A DNA stretch of 64,000 bases from Podarcis bocagei (GCA_964188305.1 OZ076893.1), one strand, 5' to 3'. Shown: positions 1 to 13,350, counted from the first letter of the stretch. Notes: generated by a model not told the origin, from the sequence alone. Numbers and translations: made by a program.

Positions 1-578
1 ATAGTTACCAGTGACTATTGATTGAAACTTCCAGAGTATCTAGGCAACAGAATCACACTAAATACCAAACTTACAGAGTGGTCTTCTTGAAAAGACAAAC
101 AGCGCCTTTCTTTAACCTATAAAACAGTTAACATATTTGAGTGCTCACATAGCATGCCAGCGCTTCATGTAAGAAAAATTACAGCCACATTTCCTTAAGT
201 AGTTTGTAAGCAGATTCTTGGGGTGCCAGTAGGTAATGATGGTTTTCACATCTGTGCTGAATGTGGACCACAGGTCAAGGTTTATTTCCCTAGTACACCT
301 CCGCATGTTCTGTGTCCTAAACACCTGAAGATGAGTAAACCCTACTGAACTTGGCTGTGTAAACCAGCAGAAAATTGGGCTATAGGCTGGTCACATGAAA
401 GAGACAGGACTTGTAGAAATGCAGTTGACTTGTGCTTCTGATGTAAAGTGTGAAGCACGTACTCTTAAATCTTTGCTTATTCACACACTCCTTTTCTCAA
501 GGAGTGTCAGGGTGGTACATATTGAACTATTTATTTTTAATTTCTCCTAATGCATATTTCCCTAAGGATGTCATCATG

Positions 579-612
579 CTGCAGTTTGCATGGCTGCCAA
601 CAGGTGGCACTG
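579..612 (+). promoter_or_regulatory. Candidate CTCF binding site with upstream (U) motif
   Basis: CTGCAGTTTG-CATGG-CTGCCAACAGGTGGCACT. The core has one mismatch to CCASYAGRKGGCRSY, and a TGCAG upstream motif sits at the typical spacing. Confidence 0.6.
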
Positions 613-2017
613 TGAACTACAGAGCTGCTAAGCCATCAGAGCAGGAATGTGAGGAGTAGGGAACTGGAGTTGCAGACAGGCTGGCATGTGGCCCAAGCTA
701 AAAAACGAACAATCATGCAGCACAGACAGGCATGTGGCCCAGGCCAGCAAGCAGAGGTTTGATTATGTCTAAGGTGAAGAGTGATTTTGGTAAGGAGTGT
801 AGAGAGGGAGGGAGGGGCTTCAGTAAGATGTGAAGTGGTAAGTGGCTTTGGCAAAGGGGCAAGGCTAGATGAGGTTGGTCACACACAAATCCAGTGAGGA
901 GTTTTAAGCTATGAAATCTTTAGTTGCCCAACACCACCCCAAAAGCTGCATGGCTGAGTGAAGAATTAAACAAGTCTTCCCATTCCAGCTCCATATCTCT
1001 ACACCTCAGCACTGCTCTATGCACAAATAATTGAACCATCCAGACAAGTTTTCCTTACTGAACATGCCATTTTATAATGGTAGCTTGAAATTGGTGTTGA
1101 GAGAATGACATTCATGTTGTTGGGGCTCCGTCTTCTGAAATCACCATGCCAAATGCAAGGAATTTCTACTTTTATGCCAAACTGGCATAAACAGCTGTTT
1201 AAAGCCAGGTTGAGCAGCTTACAGCTAAATAATTTTGTCTCCTGTTTTAGTAGAGCAAATAATATTTATCGATGGTGCTGAAAACTAAATGTGGAGATGT
1301 AACAGAAAATTAGCTGACAGTTCTCAGTGACTGCTATCATGCAGCAAATGTTAAGCCAGTTCTCATGATCATTTCCCCGATGCAACTCTTAATAAATGCA
1401 AACCTTAGTTTTAGTAATGACCTTTAGTAATGTGAGCCTTGATCCATTGAGATGCCATTCACTTGTGATGCATCTCCAAATCCCATTTTTATGCATTTTA
1501 AATCAACACACGCTTGCTCTGAATTTATGCATGTGCATAGAAGGAGATGTAATTTAAACACATCTGTTCAAATATGCATTTCAGATAAACTTGGTGCTGG
1601 TTCTCATAATGTGGCTGAGTTTTTGACTTGTATTATATCCCCAAAGTACACACCAGATGGTATTTATTAGAGATTTAATGGAAATGAAGTTTAAGGATGT
1701 TGAGCTTTTGTCTTAAGTCTCTCATTTTAAAGTCATAAAACAGTAATGATCTGAAGTTATAAATCTTTAATGAAGTTTTGTACAGGGTTTCATTTGTATG
1801 GCAAGTGTAGACTGTTTAAGGATAAGTAAGCCCAAATGGGGCTCCAAACTGAAATTGTGCCTTCAAAGAAATCAGTGGTGAAAGTTGGGAGCAAAAAGCA
1901 TTTAGGGTACTTCTGCTTGCTGAGAAAGCTACCTCTAGAAGCCTCCACTACTGTTACGGAAACAGAAAGAAGACTCGTTTCACTCAGCATGCAATTAATG
2001 CAGAGGATTTTGTAGAT

Positions 2018-2052
<35 letters not shown>

Positions 2053-2061
2053 TGATTGATT
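2018..2061. repeat. Compound microsatellite (GATA)8(GATT)3
   Basis: Directly visible. Confidence 0.95.
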
Positions 2062-3317
2062 AACGCCACCATGTCAATAAGCCTAGAAGGAAAAAGCCAA
2101 AGGAACTTAGAATATCTCAGTTTATAATCAAATGTCTCAATTGCTGCCTAAATCTGAATTGTCCAGTTATTTCCTCTATTCAAAAATACTCTGCGGAAGA
2201 GTCCTTTCTGCCTGTTTTGTAGTATTTATAATGTGTTGATATTTAACATTTATTCATAGGATGGGAAATAAATTCTTCCTACCACTTGGCATGATATAGA
2301 TAGGAAATTTACCAAGCATATATGTCAAACATGCTGTGGAAAGTTATCGGATGATGAATTACTTGATAGATAAAGCTTTTAGTGGCTCATTCAAATAACA
2401 CACAGTACGACATGTTTCTGGAAGGGGGCAGCTCAGTACTTCAGGCGGATAGGTTAATGAAAATGTTCATAGTCAGGATGCTGAAAATCTGAGAGTAATG
2501 GTGATTAAAACAAAGATTCCCCATTGAAGGTTGTGCTTGAATGGTTGTATATTTGCAGTAGCCCACTTCTCTTTAAATCTTGGATTGCTGCAAATTTTGC
2601 TTCCTCTGTTTCCGAGTTCAGCCAGTGTGTGTCAAAGGTTACGTCTGATGGGAGCGAGTAGCCAAGAGCTTAGATGAGGAAGTCTTCTTTCTGGGAATTA
2701 GGTGGTAGTAGCGTGCCACAAGAGTTAAAAGGAGAAGAGATGAAAAGCCTTGACAAAACACTGATTTGTGGAGTGGGTGGGCACCTCTCAGAACCCAAGC
2801 TCTAGTTACTGTGACCTAATGTGTCTAGGCAAGCATTGCCATCGCTTGTTCTTCCCTCTGGTATATGAAGCAATGGAAACAAATTGCATTTTTTAAAAGC
2901 CTGAAAGACATATTTGCATTTTAAAATATTCACTGTTTGTCGAGTGTTGCAGTGTGTTGTCATTACAGACTTTTAAAAGGAAGTGCAACAGTGAAAAGTC
3001 ATTTTGTACTTCGGTGCAACTAGAGCACAAAGGAAAGTGCCTGACAGATAGGCTGCAGTAATATATCAGCTGCTTATAGAATACATTTTACAATATATGA
3101 AACAATGTAATTGTTCTGCACCGGGAGCATGTACATGAATAAAAGATGTTAGCAGGTGTCCTGCCTGTGAGGAGTCTCCTGCTGATGTATTTATTGGAAA
3201 TATGAACATCATCAACAGATTTGCGTTTGTTAAAAGTAATCCAAACAGAAGGCTTAAATAATGAACTTATAATAGAACACACAATAACTGGCATTTTAAA
3301 AAGGAACTTCCTTAAAC

Positions 3318-3435
3318 TGGGTGGTATTCAACTATGTTTTACTCACAGTAGACACATTTCAATTACAGAGCAAGGATAAGTTAGGTCCATTTATTTCGGT
3401 AGTTTTATTCTAGTAAAACTTCATTGAATACCGCA
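3318..3435. mobile_element. Old short palindromic MITE-like element
   Basis: Inverted ends ggtattcaactatgttttact ... agtaaaacttcattgaatacc. Confidence 0.55.
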
Positions 3436-5607
3436 GACTGAATTTATATTTTTTGTTTTTCAGTATGGATCCGAATGGTTTTATTTTCTGCTAATACAAA
3501 GTGTTTTATGACACTGTTATACTGGCCAGAGGTAGCTTTCATTTAGGCTTTTCTTAAAGATGTGTCAGGCCCTGGTTTCTAAACATCTGTTTGTGCTTTT
3601 TTCATTTACTTGTATACTACATGGCACAATAGGAATATATAGATAGCTTTTGGTGTAGATGTTTGATTTATACCCTTAGATAGCTAGCAAATGAAAGGGT
3701 GACACTCAATGGATATTTGTATCCTTTCACCAAGAATCATTTTCTGAATGCTGCCTCCATCCCAGATGGTAAAGCTTATATGAATGGAAGCAATACTAAA
3801 GATATCCTGGTCCCATGCAGGTTAGGGCTTTAGAGGTGAGAACCAGTCACTTCCGTTTGGGCAAGATCTTATAGAGCGTGCAAGATTTCATGCAATTTTG
3901 GGTGGGTTCTCACCCAAAAGTGAGGGAGGAAGCTAGGCTACAACATTTCCTCGACAGACTGATTTCTATTTGAAGAGGTTGTTTTTATAAGGATGAGCAT
4001 TTGGTCATTCAATATTATTATTGCAATCTGAAGTTATGCAGCTCAGACGTGGGTTTACTGGCAGATTCTTTTTTGCACAGTGCTTTTTTGCATTTGGTTT
4101 AGGAATAGGTGCTCAATGTGAACATACTGGAAATATTTTCAGACCCCTGGGATTGTTTTAAGCTTGCAAATTAGAATGCAATACCCCAACAGCTCCTTAT
4201 TTTTTCTGAGGAAAAAAAATATTTTTTCCTGAGAAAAAAAAATAAAAAATCATCATTTTAAAAATTGGTCAAGAAAAAAAGAGGATGTTGGAGTAATTTC
4301 ATTTTTTCTTTTTTGAATTACTGACTTTTTACATCTTTTTTACTTTTAAAATGTGTTTGTGTTATTGTCTATAAGAATGTTAGGAGAACCATAGGGATCT
4401 TATGATTTAGGTCAGGCCTGCTGCTCTTCTTTATCCAAGTTTTCATTTTGTTTGGAAAGAAACATTTAGGGAGGGAAATGCATTAGTTTTTAATTTCCAT
4501 TTTAGCACCAAAATTATTCCATGTCAATCAGAGAGGGTTTTTGGTTTTTTTCCTTGGATGGAACACATGTCATGGACATTTCACTGAATCTAGCATGACT
4601 GAAACTTACCATTCACGTTCCCATAGAAACTGGGAAATACACATGCAGTGGATGTCATTACCAATGCTGTAGGTATCACATGCTTTAGCTAATGCCAGCT
4701 GTGTCATTAAAATGACTGGTATAACTAAACTGTAACTGCTTTTTGTCAAATATAATGTGCATCTTATTAATCTTGGAGATGTCAGACAGTGCTACTTGCC
4801 ATTCATTTGTAGAGTCGTATAGCTTGCCTCATTTAAGCCTGTCAGAGCTGCAAATCTTTCCCATGTGAAGCAAGGACAGAATTCAGAATGTTTCTGTATT
4901 ATAATTTTGGAGTACATATTTATGCAAATCCTGGAAGAGCTCAAAAATATGTTCAGTATATGTCAGTGTACATTCTTGGATGTGCTGACATTGCACAATT
5001 ACCACATCCCCTTGGTAGTCCACACCCCATACCCTAGAAGGGGAATATTCCAGAATTCAGCATACCATCCACACAAATGGCTTACCATCAACAGCATGGG
5101 TTAGAAAGGTCCCATTCTCTTCCAGTGTGCCTCCAATGAGTCTGGCTAGCCTGGAAGCCCTGGAAATTGCTGCGGAGAAATGCCCTGAAGTATTGTAGTC
5201 TAGCTGGTCATTTGCTTTCAAAAATGATACCTTCCTAACCTCGTCCTTGGTCTCTGGGCAGACATCTATGTTGCAAATATAAAATGGTTTAACTATTACG
5301 GCTTCCCTGAAAGAACCCTGAGTATTTTAGTTTTTTGTATCATGCCGAGAATGATCTCTTAGAAATTCTAAGCTTCCTTGCAGAACTAAAATTTATGGGT
5401 GTATTGGAGAGAAACCATGACAGTTAAGCTAGTTGAATTTTGTAGTTTGGGCTTTTCCTTATATAAAGCTATATTTAATGGTTGTCAGTTTCCATAGGTA
5501 AATGCTTTGTATGTTATGCAACACGCTAAATGCCTAATATTTTGCTAGGGGAAGAAGCTAATATGTCCAGTCTTCAGCTTAACACTTCTTGTTTTCATTC
5601 GTTTCAG

Positions 5608-5788
5608 AGTGCCTGGAATAACAATTGCCACAGACATCATTTGTGGGTTTCCAGGGGAAACAGATGAAGATTTTCAAGAAACCATGAAGCTTGTAGAAGA
5701 GTACAAGTTTCCAAGTCTTTTTATTAACCAGTTTTACCCACGCCCTGGGACTCCTGCTGCAAAAATGCATCAAGTTCCAGCCCAAGTA
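5608..5788 (+). CDS. CDKAL1: CDKAL1 internal coding exon (181 bp; end of radical-SAM domain), (K)[60 protein letters not shown]
   Basis: Translation is near-identical to recalled human CDKAL1 [60 protein letters not shown]. Acceptor is ttttcattcgtttcAG (5606-5607) and donor is GTAAGT at 5789. Entry is phase 2, exit phase 0. Confidence 0.97.
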
Positions 5789-7044
5789 GTAAGTGATCTC
5801 TCTCCCTCCTCCCCATCTTTAAAGGACAGCTCATCTTACGTGAGATGTTAAGATGTGTATACATGGGTCAGTAGATACCAGGAATTTTTAAAAATTATTA
5901 TTATTATTATTTTACTTAGGAGTTTCATTTTCGCAGGAGATTGAGGAAGTGATTAGAGTTTAGTTTCATTCGTTTCATTGGCCTCATTCAATTCAAACTT
6001 TCGTTAATGCCAGCCATCATCCAGTTTCAGTGAGTATGTTTTCTAATCATTTAATTTCATATTAAAACAAGTTAACACAATCATACACACGTAAAGGTAG
6101 AGATTTACACAGAGAAATAAGGAAATTGAAAGGAGGTGGCAAAGTTATGTTGTGTGAATAGAGTTCCACTTGCACAATTTTGGGTCTCATTTTGCCTCTT
6201 TCTAAACTGTGTTTCTGGTAAGAATCTAATAATTATAAAGAGACTGTAGATATACTTCCCACACCCACACACCTTTTCTACATTTCTGCAGATTTGTTAT
6301 GCAGACCAATACTTTCATACATGTCCACTATAATCCTTTGCTAGATATAATAAGTCAAATTATATTAACCTTAGTATATATCAAAGGTCAGATTTGCATG
6401 TTTCATTCTTCTGATCTGTGGAGGCTTGCTTCATAAATATCCACCATGATCGCATAGCATTGTAAAATAGTACATCACCTTTCAAGCTCTACAGTAAAAT
6501 CTATTAGGAATTTTGCAAATAGTGTTTATAACTTCGGGGCTTTCAGAAACGTGCTTATATCTGGTCAGAAAATTATGCAACCACTTTGTGTTTATCAACC
6601 TTGTTGCTCATTCCTCTGGGTTCCTTTTAATGTGGGAAGTAATTTAATTGAACAAGATGGCATCAACTCTGTTTTAATTCATACAGAGAGGAGTTTGTGG
6701 GTTGCTGTTTTTTTTAAATTGCTTTTGGTCCCAAAGCTTTCAAAGCTAAAAACGATAGTGTCAGTTAATATTAATGTGCATTCTTTTAGTGAGTTTAATT
6801 TGTGTTTCATCCATCCAGGGACAGTCTTTCACAAAAATGAGAAAAAGTTGGCTTATTAACCCGTAGTATTTGGTATATAGCATGAAAGTTGTCTTAGACC
6901 ACCCCTGTGAACTTGAGGCACTATCACATAATCTCAGTGGCATAATAGACTGGCAGTAAATGTTCTGTGGTGATGGGAACTCTGCTCTCTAACAATCCCT
7001 TAACTGAAATTAATCCATTTTCTGGCTCCAGTCCACCACAGAGT

Positions 7045-7198
7045 AGCTGGGGCTGTGTGTACATAAGCCTTTTTAAAAGCTGAATTTCTGCAAATCAGCT
7101 GTTTGGTAAGAGGAACAGGCTGGTTGAAGGGCAGTTCAAACGTGTTATTAGTGAGATTTCAGCTTTTAAAAGTTTTCTATGTACATGCAGCCCCAGCT
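7045..7198. mobile_element. Palindromic MITE (PIF/Harbinger-like ends)
   Basis: agctggggctgtgtgtacata...ttttaaaagctgaatttct is the reverse complement, with mismatches, of agatttcagcttttaaaa...tatgtacatgcagccccagct. Confidence 0.65.
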
Positions 7199-8321
7199 GC
7201 TGGATTTATTTCAGAAATCAAGTATATTGCACCCATTTGAACCTGTTGGCCTCTATCCAGCTAAGGATATACTCACGGAAGCCCGCTTCCACGCATGTCA
7301 GTGAAATCAGGACATGAGGACATTGTCTTTATACAGTTGGCACAGAATCTATCCCTGCAAGTTCCAGATTCCCACCTTGACGCCAGTTTGTGCCCCACGG
7401 GGTTTGAAAGAGGGTATCTGGCATCAGGTTAGCACAGGGTTCTGCGAAGGCCTCACTTCTAAAAGCCAATCAGCCAATCAGGACCACCTTGCAGCTGCAT
7501 CATTGCTGTCACCAACATACCTGCTCGCCCACCTTCATTTTATTCTTAATTTGAAGTTATGTTGGTGTACACAGCTGTGTACTGAGGCTTGCTGCAAGGA
7601 GGACATTTATCTAAAGGTATAATTAGGCCTGGCTCTGAGCAGATTTTGCCTTCCTCCCAGCAGTTGTCGAGAACCTGTCACAAGCTTGTCGCAAGTGGGA
7701 GAGGAACTTGGCAGCATCCATGGTGGAGTTAAGTGGGAGATGGGCATCCTGAGGGAATGTTTTGGGGTGCTGCTTGCTGCCCACACCCTCAATTTGGCTA
7801 GCTGGTAGGCTGCCATACTCTGAAGTTGCCTGGGGTGCCATGGTGGGCCCATAGGCTGGAACTGGGACATTGGCAAGTATAGTTTAGCTGCCCAGTGATG
7901 GTATCCTCAGCCTACCCTACACTAAACTGTGTGCACTGTAACCAGTGAAGTTGTGGACATTTTAAACACACATAATCCTCTGCGTTGTTTCTTGCTGTCA
8001 CTCACGCACATGTTTCAAAAAGTTGGTTAACAGTAATCAGTGTAAACTTACAGTAAGATTGCCACAGTCAATTCATTCATTGCATTAATCACAACATAGA
8101 TATAGCAGCAATAAAAAACTTGGTGGAAAAGTTCTGATTTCCACAACATGAAACTATTAAAAATGAGCTTTCCAACCTGAGCACTAATATGTGAATGAAG
8201 CATATTTTTTATTTGCAGTCAAATAGTGCTAGGATAAAAATAGGTTTCCTACAGCTTCATCCAACATGTAATAATTTTGTTTTTCAGTTCTATAATGCTA
8301 CGTTTCCTTGTTTTTCTACAG

Positions 8322-8384
8322 AAAAAACAGAGAACGAAAGAACTGTCAAGATTGTTTCACTCGTACAACCCATATGATCACAAG
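8322..8384 (+). CDS. CDKAL1: CDKAL1 coding exon (63 bp), [21 protein letters not shown]
   Basis: Matches human KKQRTKDLSRVFHSYSPYDHK. Polypyrimidine tract plus ctacAG ends at 8321, donor GTAAAA at 8385. Phase 0/0. Confidence 0.96.
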
Positions 8385-9589
8385 GTAAAAATAAATTGCA
8401 GATTTTTTTTTGTCAGTAATACTACTCTGCTAATGATGATGGTATGCACACCCTTTAAGCTACTAAAGGATGTACAACCAGTTCAACCCCTGTGGTGACC
8501 TTGGGGGGTGGTTCTTGTTGCTTGGGGACATGGTACTGCTAGGATCAACCTTTGAGGATAGAGCTACGTACCTACTGTGTAAAAAAAACAAACCACCCTT
8601 TACCTTTGGTTGGAGTTTAGGGCTACCCTGTTTACCTGGACCAGCCAGTCATTGACTCTGATGAATCATTTTACCTACTTGTATGAATAAAACGCCACTG
8701 ACTCTCTGTTAGGACCACCTATGGGTTTTCCCTTTCCTCCCATTCCTTGGTGTAGTTTAATTTGAATTAGGTCATTAGAGATCAATGGGGTCTTGATACA
8801 TTTTGTTCTGCACATTTTCAGACCAACAGCAGTGGATCTTATGTCAATCAGCACCATTCTGAGAAGGTTATTTTCTTTTATACTCTAGCTAGGATTTGTA
8901 CCCTTTGGTGAAGTTTCCATGGGGAGGCCTTTTGCATTCCTCCTCTGCACCAGCCATAATTGAACAGTTGTGTGTTGGAATAATTCAAGCACTTGGCTTT
9001 CTTTATGTGTCTAAAACTGATTCTCAAACTGTAAAATGTGGATGTTAACCCACTGTAATGAATGCATCTACTGCTTTATGGGGAATCCATTTCCAGCACA
9101 GATCCTTCCCATCTCTCTAACAGTGTATGTGGGCAGTCACATCATCCTGAGTGGAGGGAATAATGACACACCCTACACTACTGTTCACAACTGCAGAAGA
9201 CTCTCAGAAATCATAGTTACCTGTCCATCAATATTGTCTTGAATAGGCAAAAGCAAGAACCTACACTGTCTTGAATAGGCAAAAGCAAGTTAGCTAGTGG
9301 TAGCCATCAGGAAAACAGATAACAATACGGCCCTGTCAGGTAGCAATGACATGTTTATCACAATTTTGGTAATTCAGGTTTTTAAATGAATTTGATAAGG
9401 AGGACAGTCATCAGTCTAGGATGGTTCCTCCCACTGGCTGGTCATGTACTGTGGTTTCTCACTGGGCTCCCTATGAACCCAATGTGCTAGAGCCCTACCT
9501 TGTTTCCCCCTTTCTTTTCTCTTTTCTCACCTTTGTTGCTCTTCTGTGGTTTCTTTCCCTCCCCTCCCTTCTCTACCCACCCTCTATAG

Positions 9590-9795
9590 CAGAGCTTTCC
9601 GTACTTTACATGCTGGTGACACACTTTTTAGACATGCGTCATTTTGCGACACAACAATTCAGTTTTACTAGCAAATCGGAGGTTAAACTAACCCCTTTCC
9701 AGTCCCGGGAGGAGCATTGGGAGCGTTCGTGCGACACACCTACACACTGCAGCCAACACACTAACATGTTGCGACACACAGTTTGGAAAGCTGTG
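9590..9795. mobile_element. Non-autonomous hAT (Charlie-type) MITE
   Basis: TIRs CAGAGCTTTCC ... GGAAAGCTGTG. Degenerate 8-bp TSD CTCTATAG / CTCCACAG. Repeated subterminal GCGACACA motifs. Confidence 0.8.
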
Positions 9796-11799
9796 CTCCA
9801 CAGTTTTAGTGGCTGGATGGAGGGAGAATTGGAGGCTGCTTTGTGGTGTGCAGGAAGGCCTTATCCTATAGCCACACTTCGACCATGGTGGGCCAGCCAT
9901 CAGAGAGTGAGACCTCCCCCCATCTGTTCCTTTTAATTGTTGGCTTGTAGATTTTTACATTTTGAGCTAATAATTAAATGTGTTATGACTGCTGGCTTAT
10001 TAATTTTGTAGGAGGAGGTTTTAGAAGTTTTAATTTGTTTTATTATTAATACTGTCTTCTGGAATTTTGGGTACATAAATCTCCTTGAAAGAGCAGGACA
10101 CACAGAAAGAGAGGCATATGTAAAATGATATATAAGCAGTAATTGTGCTTATATAGGTGTAATTGTGTAATATATAGGTGTAAAGGTGTAATTGTGAAAT
10201 GTTTTTAGCTAGTGTTCTTTTTTTGCTGTGCAATCATAGGCATCATGCTTCAAATGGTAAAGCTTGTGTAAATTGATTAATGGTTTTTTTAAAAAAGATT
10301 GACAACTATGAGTTCTGAAGGGAGTTTTGTGATATGGAACTGTTGAAGTTAAATGTAATAGTAGATCAATTAAGATATAATAAAGAGAATCAACTGAAGA
10401 GGCAAAGCTTTGATATTTTCCCCCTTGTCTAAATTCCCTGGTGGCACAGGTTTTTTCCTCTCCATTCACAGTACAAGAAAATTCCATTATTCTTTTATTA
10501 GCACTCTTATTGGAACTGGGCCATTTGTAACCTCTGTTGCCTCCTTGCACATATCCTTTGTGGTGCTATATCAAAGTATCCTCAACTGTTTTTGACTTCA
10601 GTTGTGAGTTTATGCACTTATTTTACTAATGACTCATCAGGAGGTGTGGAAAAAGAATATGAATTCTTAAGACTTGTTCTTTTGATCTCTGTTTTAGGGC
10701 CTTTTATAAATAACAAAACTTGCAGAATCAAGTGGCAAATAGTTTTTTTCAAGATCACAGGCTTGTGTAAGGGTTTGTTGGGAGGAATGGAGGTAGAAAA
10801 ATAAGAGAAGTGCAGCAAGATGAAAAGGCTGCGTTCTTATGTCCCAAATCATCTCAACTCAATACAGTACACTGTACGTTTATATCTTGCTGTGTGTCCA
10901 TCTGAAACACTCCATTTTCCTTTTGTCATTCTGCCTACCAGCCTCCCACTCCTCTACAAAGCAGCTTCAATATACCAACCCTCTGCTATTGTTTTTTAGT
11001 TTAAACATTTGCTGTAACCTAATCATGTTCACATCACATTAAATTTTTTAGGTTACAGTTTCTGTAATTCAATACATTGATGCAGCTGCCTTGTGGCAGC
11101 CCAGCAAGTTAATTTACTTCACATATTTTTAGCTCCTAATATTTTCCACAGATTCCATTTTTAAAGTGTAATTTCTTACATTTCTTGGAAGTAAGCTAGT
11201 TAGTGACTTTAGCGGAGCTTATTTCCACATCATGGCTATAATCCAACAAAATCCTAATCTTTGAAGGGAGGGTGTGCCTTTCTCTCCTTGCTTTCCCTAG
11301 CACAATTTCAAACTGCTTTTAGTATAGTTTATTTGTGGTTTTGGTTGGTGAAGCTACTGAGTTAGAAAGGACATCAAAACCCCGGGTGTGCTTGCAAGAC
11401 TCTGAATTAGAGCCAAAGTGTTTTGGACAGTGCTAGAAATATTTCCGCATGCAATACCAACCATAAGATGTAATAATTGCATAGTATATGTATATCCTCA
11501 TAGCTGCAGGGTATTTCCCTGTTTGCATTTAGAAATTTGTCTCTTGGGAGTTTCCGTAGTCCGGTACGTAGGACTTCCATTCCCACTATGTTCAGGGAGA
11601 GAGAGAGAGGAGTAGAAAGCCATTGAGAAAGCTAGAGGAATGGAGTGGCTATAGAAAGGCAGAGGCTGTGTTTCAAATTCTGTCTAGTCTGTTATCCTTA
11701 CCAAAGACACCCCAGGGAAATATTATTGTTATCCATGTGGATAACAGTGCATACCAAAAGTGGGGAAGAGAAATGTCCAAGGAATTTCTGCACCTGTTT

Positions 11800-12092
11800 G
11801 TCAGAGATCATATATCCTTAGGAGCAAACGCCTTCTTGATAGCCGCCCCCAGACTTTGGAATTACTTGCCATCGCTGGCAGCCTTCTGCTAGCAGACAAA
11901 AACATTTTTAGGCAGACATTTGGCTGCTAGGCGTTGGTTTTTACTGGTGGTTGTGTTACCGTTTTACCTATCTTCTTTCCATGTTTTTACTTTGTACCAA
12001 ATTGTGTTTATTATATTTCATTGCATTTGCATAGTTAGCTGCTTTGAGCATTGAGTGGAAAGGAGGAGTGTAAATTTAACAAATAATAATAA
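11800..12092 (+). mobile_element. L2 LINE 3' end fragment
   Basis: Encodes AFLIAAPRLWNYLP (L2 ORF2 C-terminal AFSxAAPxLWNxLP motif), followed by a T-rich 3'UTR, gctgctttgag...gaaagg and an (AAT)n tail. Confidence 0.75.
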
Positions 12093-12794
12093 GCATAGGC
12101 CCTTATTTTTAGTAATGTCTCAGGATTAGGATGGTGGGAAGCTGACTCTTCACTGACCGTGGAGCTTCTTTGTTATTTTTTGTGACATCTGAAAGCACTT
12201 GATGGGTGATAGACATTTTCCTCTCCTATTTTTTGGTCCCTGACTTTGTGAATAGTTTTGTGATTTTGCCTTTGTGATTCTTGTGGTATATCTTTATTGT
12301 TAAGAGTTCAGAGGACGTTCTTCGGGGGCACAGTGGTTGTCTTAAAACAAACAAAAAAGGCAGAGGTTAACTCAAGCTCCAGGAGCCTGTGGAAAACCCT
12401 GTAGAGAAACAGATGTCATAGCTGACAATTGACTAAAACTGATGAGACTTCTTTCAGCATTTTTGAAGTATTTCTGCATGATGTGGAATAGTTCTAAATT
12501 GAGAATTTTCTTCAGCTGATTGATTGGAGAAGTAGGGAGGCTGAGGATCTAAAACAAGATATATTTCATTTAAGCTACAAAGGCTCTGATCAGATTTTCC
12601 CTACTTATAAAACCAATATTGGGTTTAAGATAGTATTTCATTGTTTCATTAGCTTGAGAGCATTATATTCATTTCTCTCCTTGGTCTTTCTAGCATATAA
12701 TATGAATAAGGATCCTTCACCAGGGAACTAATGTCAGTTTCCATGAAACTGACCAAGGTAAAGGCACTCCTTAAGATGGACATGACCCATGTTA

Positions 12795-13350
12795 TTATTG
12801 GCATCTGTCTTGTCTCGAGAGACAGTGGAGTGTGTCTCCAAAGGTGAAGTCAAACCACTGCATTAGCAGCACTAAAGTGACCTCTCCGGGGTGCAGGGCT
12901 GGGCAGTGTGTATGGAGGTCCCGGGCTGCCCAGTCAACAAGACCTTTCTCTTGGCCTTACTGATATGGTCCATAGAAAAGCAGAGCAATATGTTTGGCAC
13001 CAGCTTGGCTGCAGGAAGGAGGTGTACAAGGTGCCATCCAACCATCTTAGAGACTCCACGTTTGTGTAGGGTTTACTCCTTAGCCTTTTCTTCTCCCAAA
13101 GATATCCTACAAGGCAGTGGAGGTTTAAGATAAGAGTTTTCCTTCTTCTACATGGGCTACCTTCCCAGGTTGATAAGTCCCATCTGCCCCTCACTTTCCT
13201 CTACAGCACATGCAAGAACCACCTTCCTGATCACAGGGCCCACTATTGGTCTTATCTGCTCAGACCCACTGGCTACCTGACGTCCCATACATCCCTGAAC
13301 ATTACCCAGACTATACAGAATTGTGTACCCAAGCCCATCGCTTTCCACCT
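12795..13350. mobile_element. Interspersed lacertid repeat, probably RTE-LINE-related (UTR-derived)
   Basis: Sharp GC rise. Motifs ggcagtggaggttt...gagttttccttct...atgggctaccttcccagg are recalled from RTE-type 5' regions. Family assignment is uncertain. Confidence 0.45.

Noticed and set aside
210-400. Possible ancient LF-SINE-like fragment on the minus strand
   Set aside because: Only patchy similarity to the recalled consensus. It cannot be supported without an alignment.
5789-5851. Read-through extensions of CDKAL1 exon ORFs in the ORF track (also 44522-44671, 46200-46253, 59790-59882)
   Set aside because: They lie beyond canonical splice sites and have no similarity to CDKAL1, so they are intronic.
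9421-9936. 171-aa ORF on the + strand
   Set aside because: It runs through a pyrimidine tract and a hAT MITE (9590-9795), has no recognisable domain, and looks like a chance ORF.
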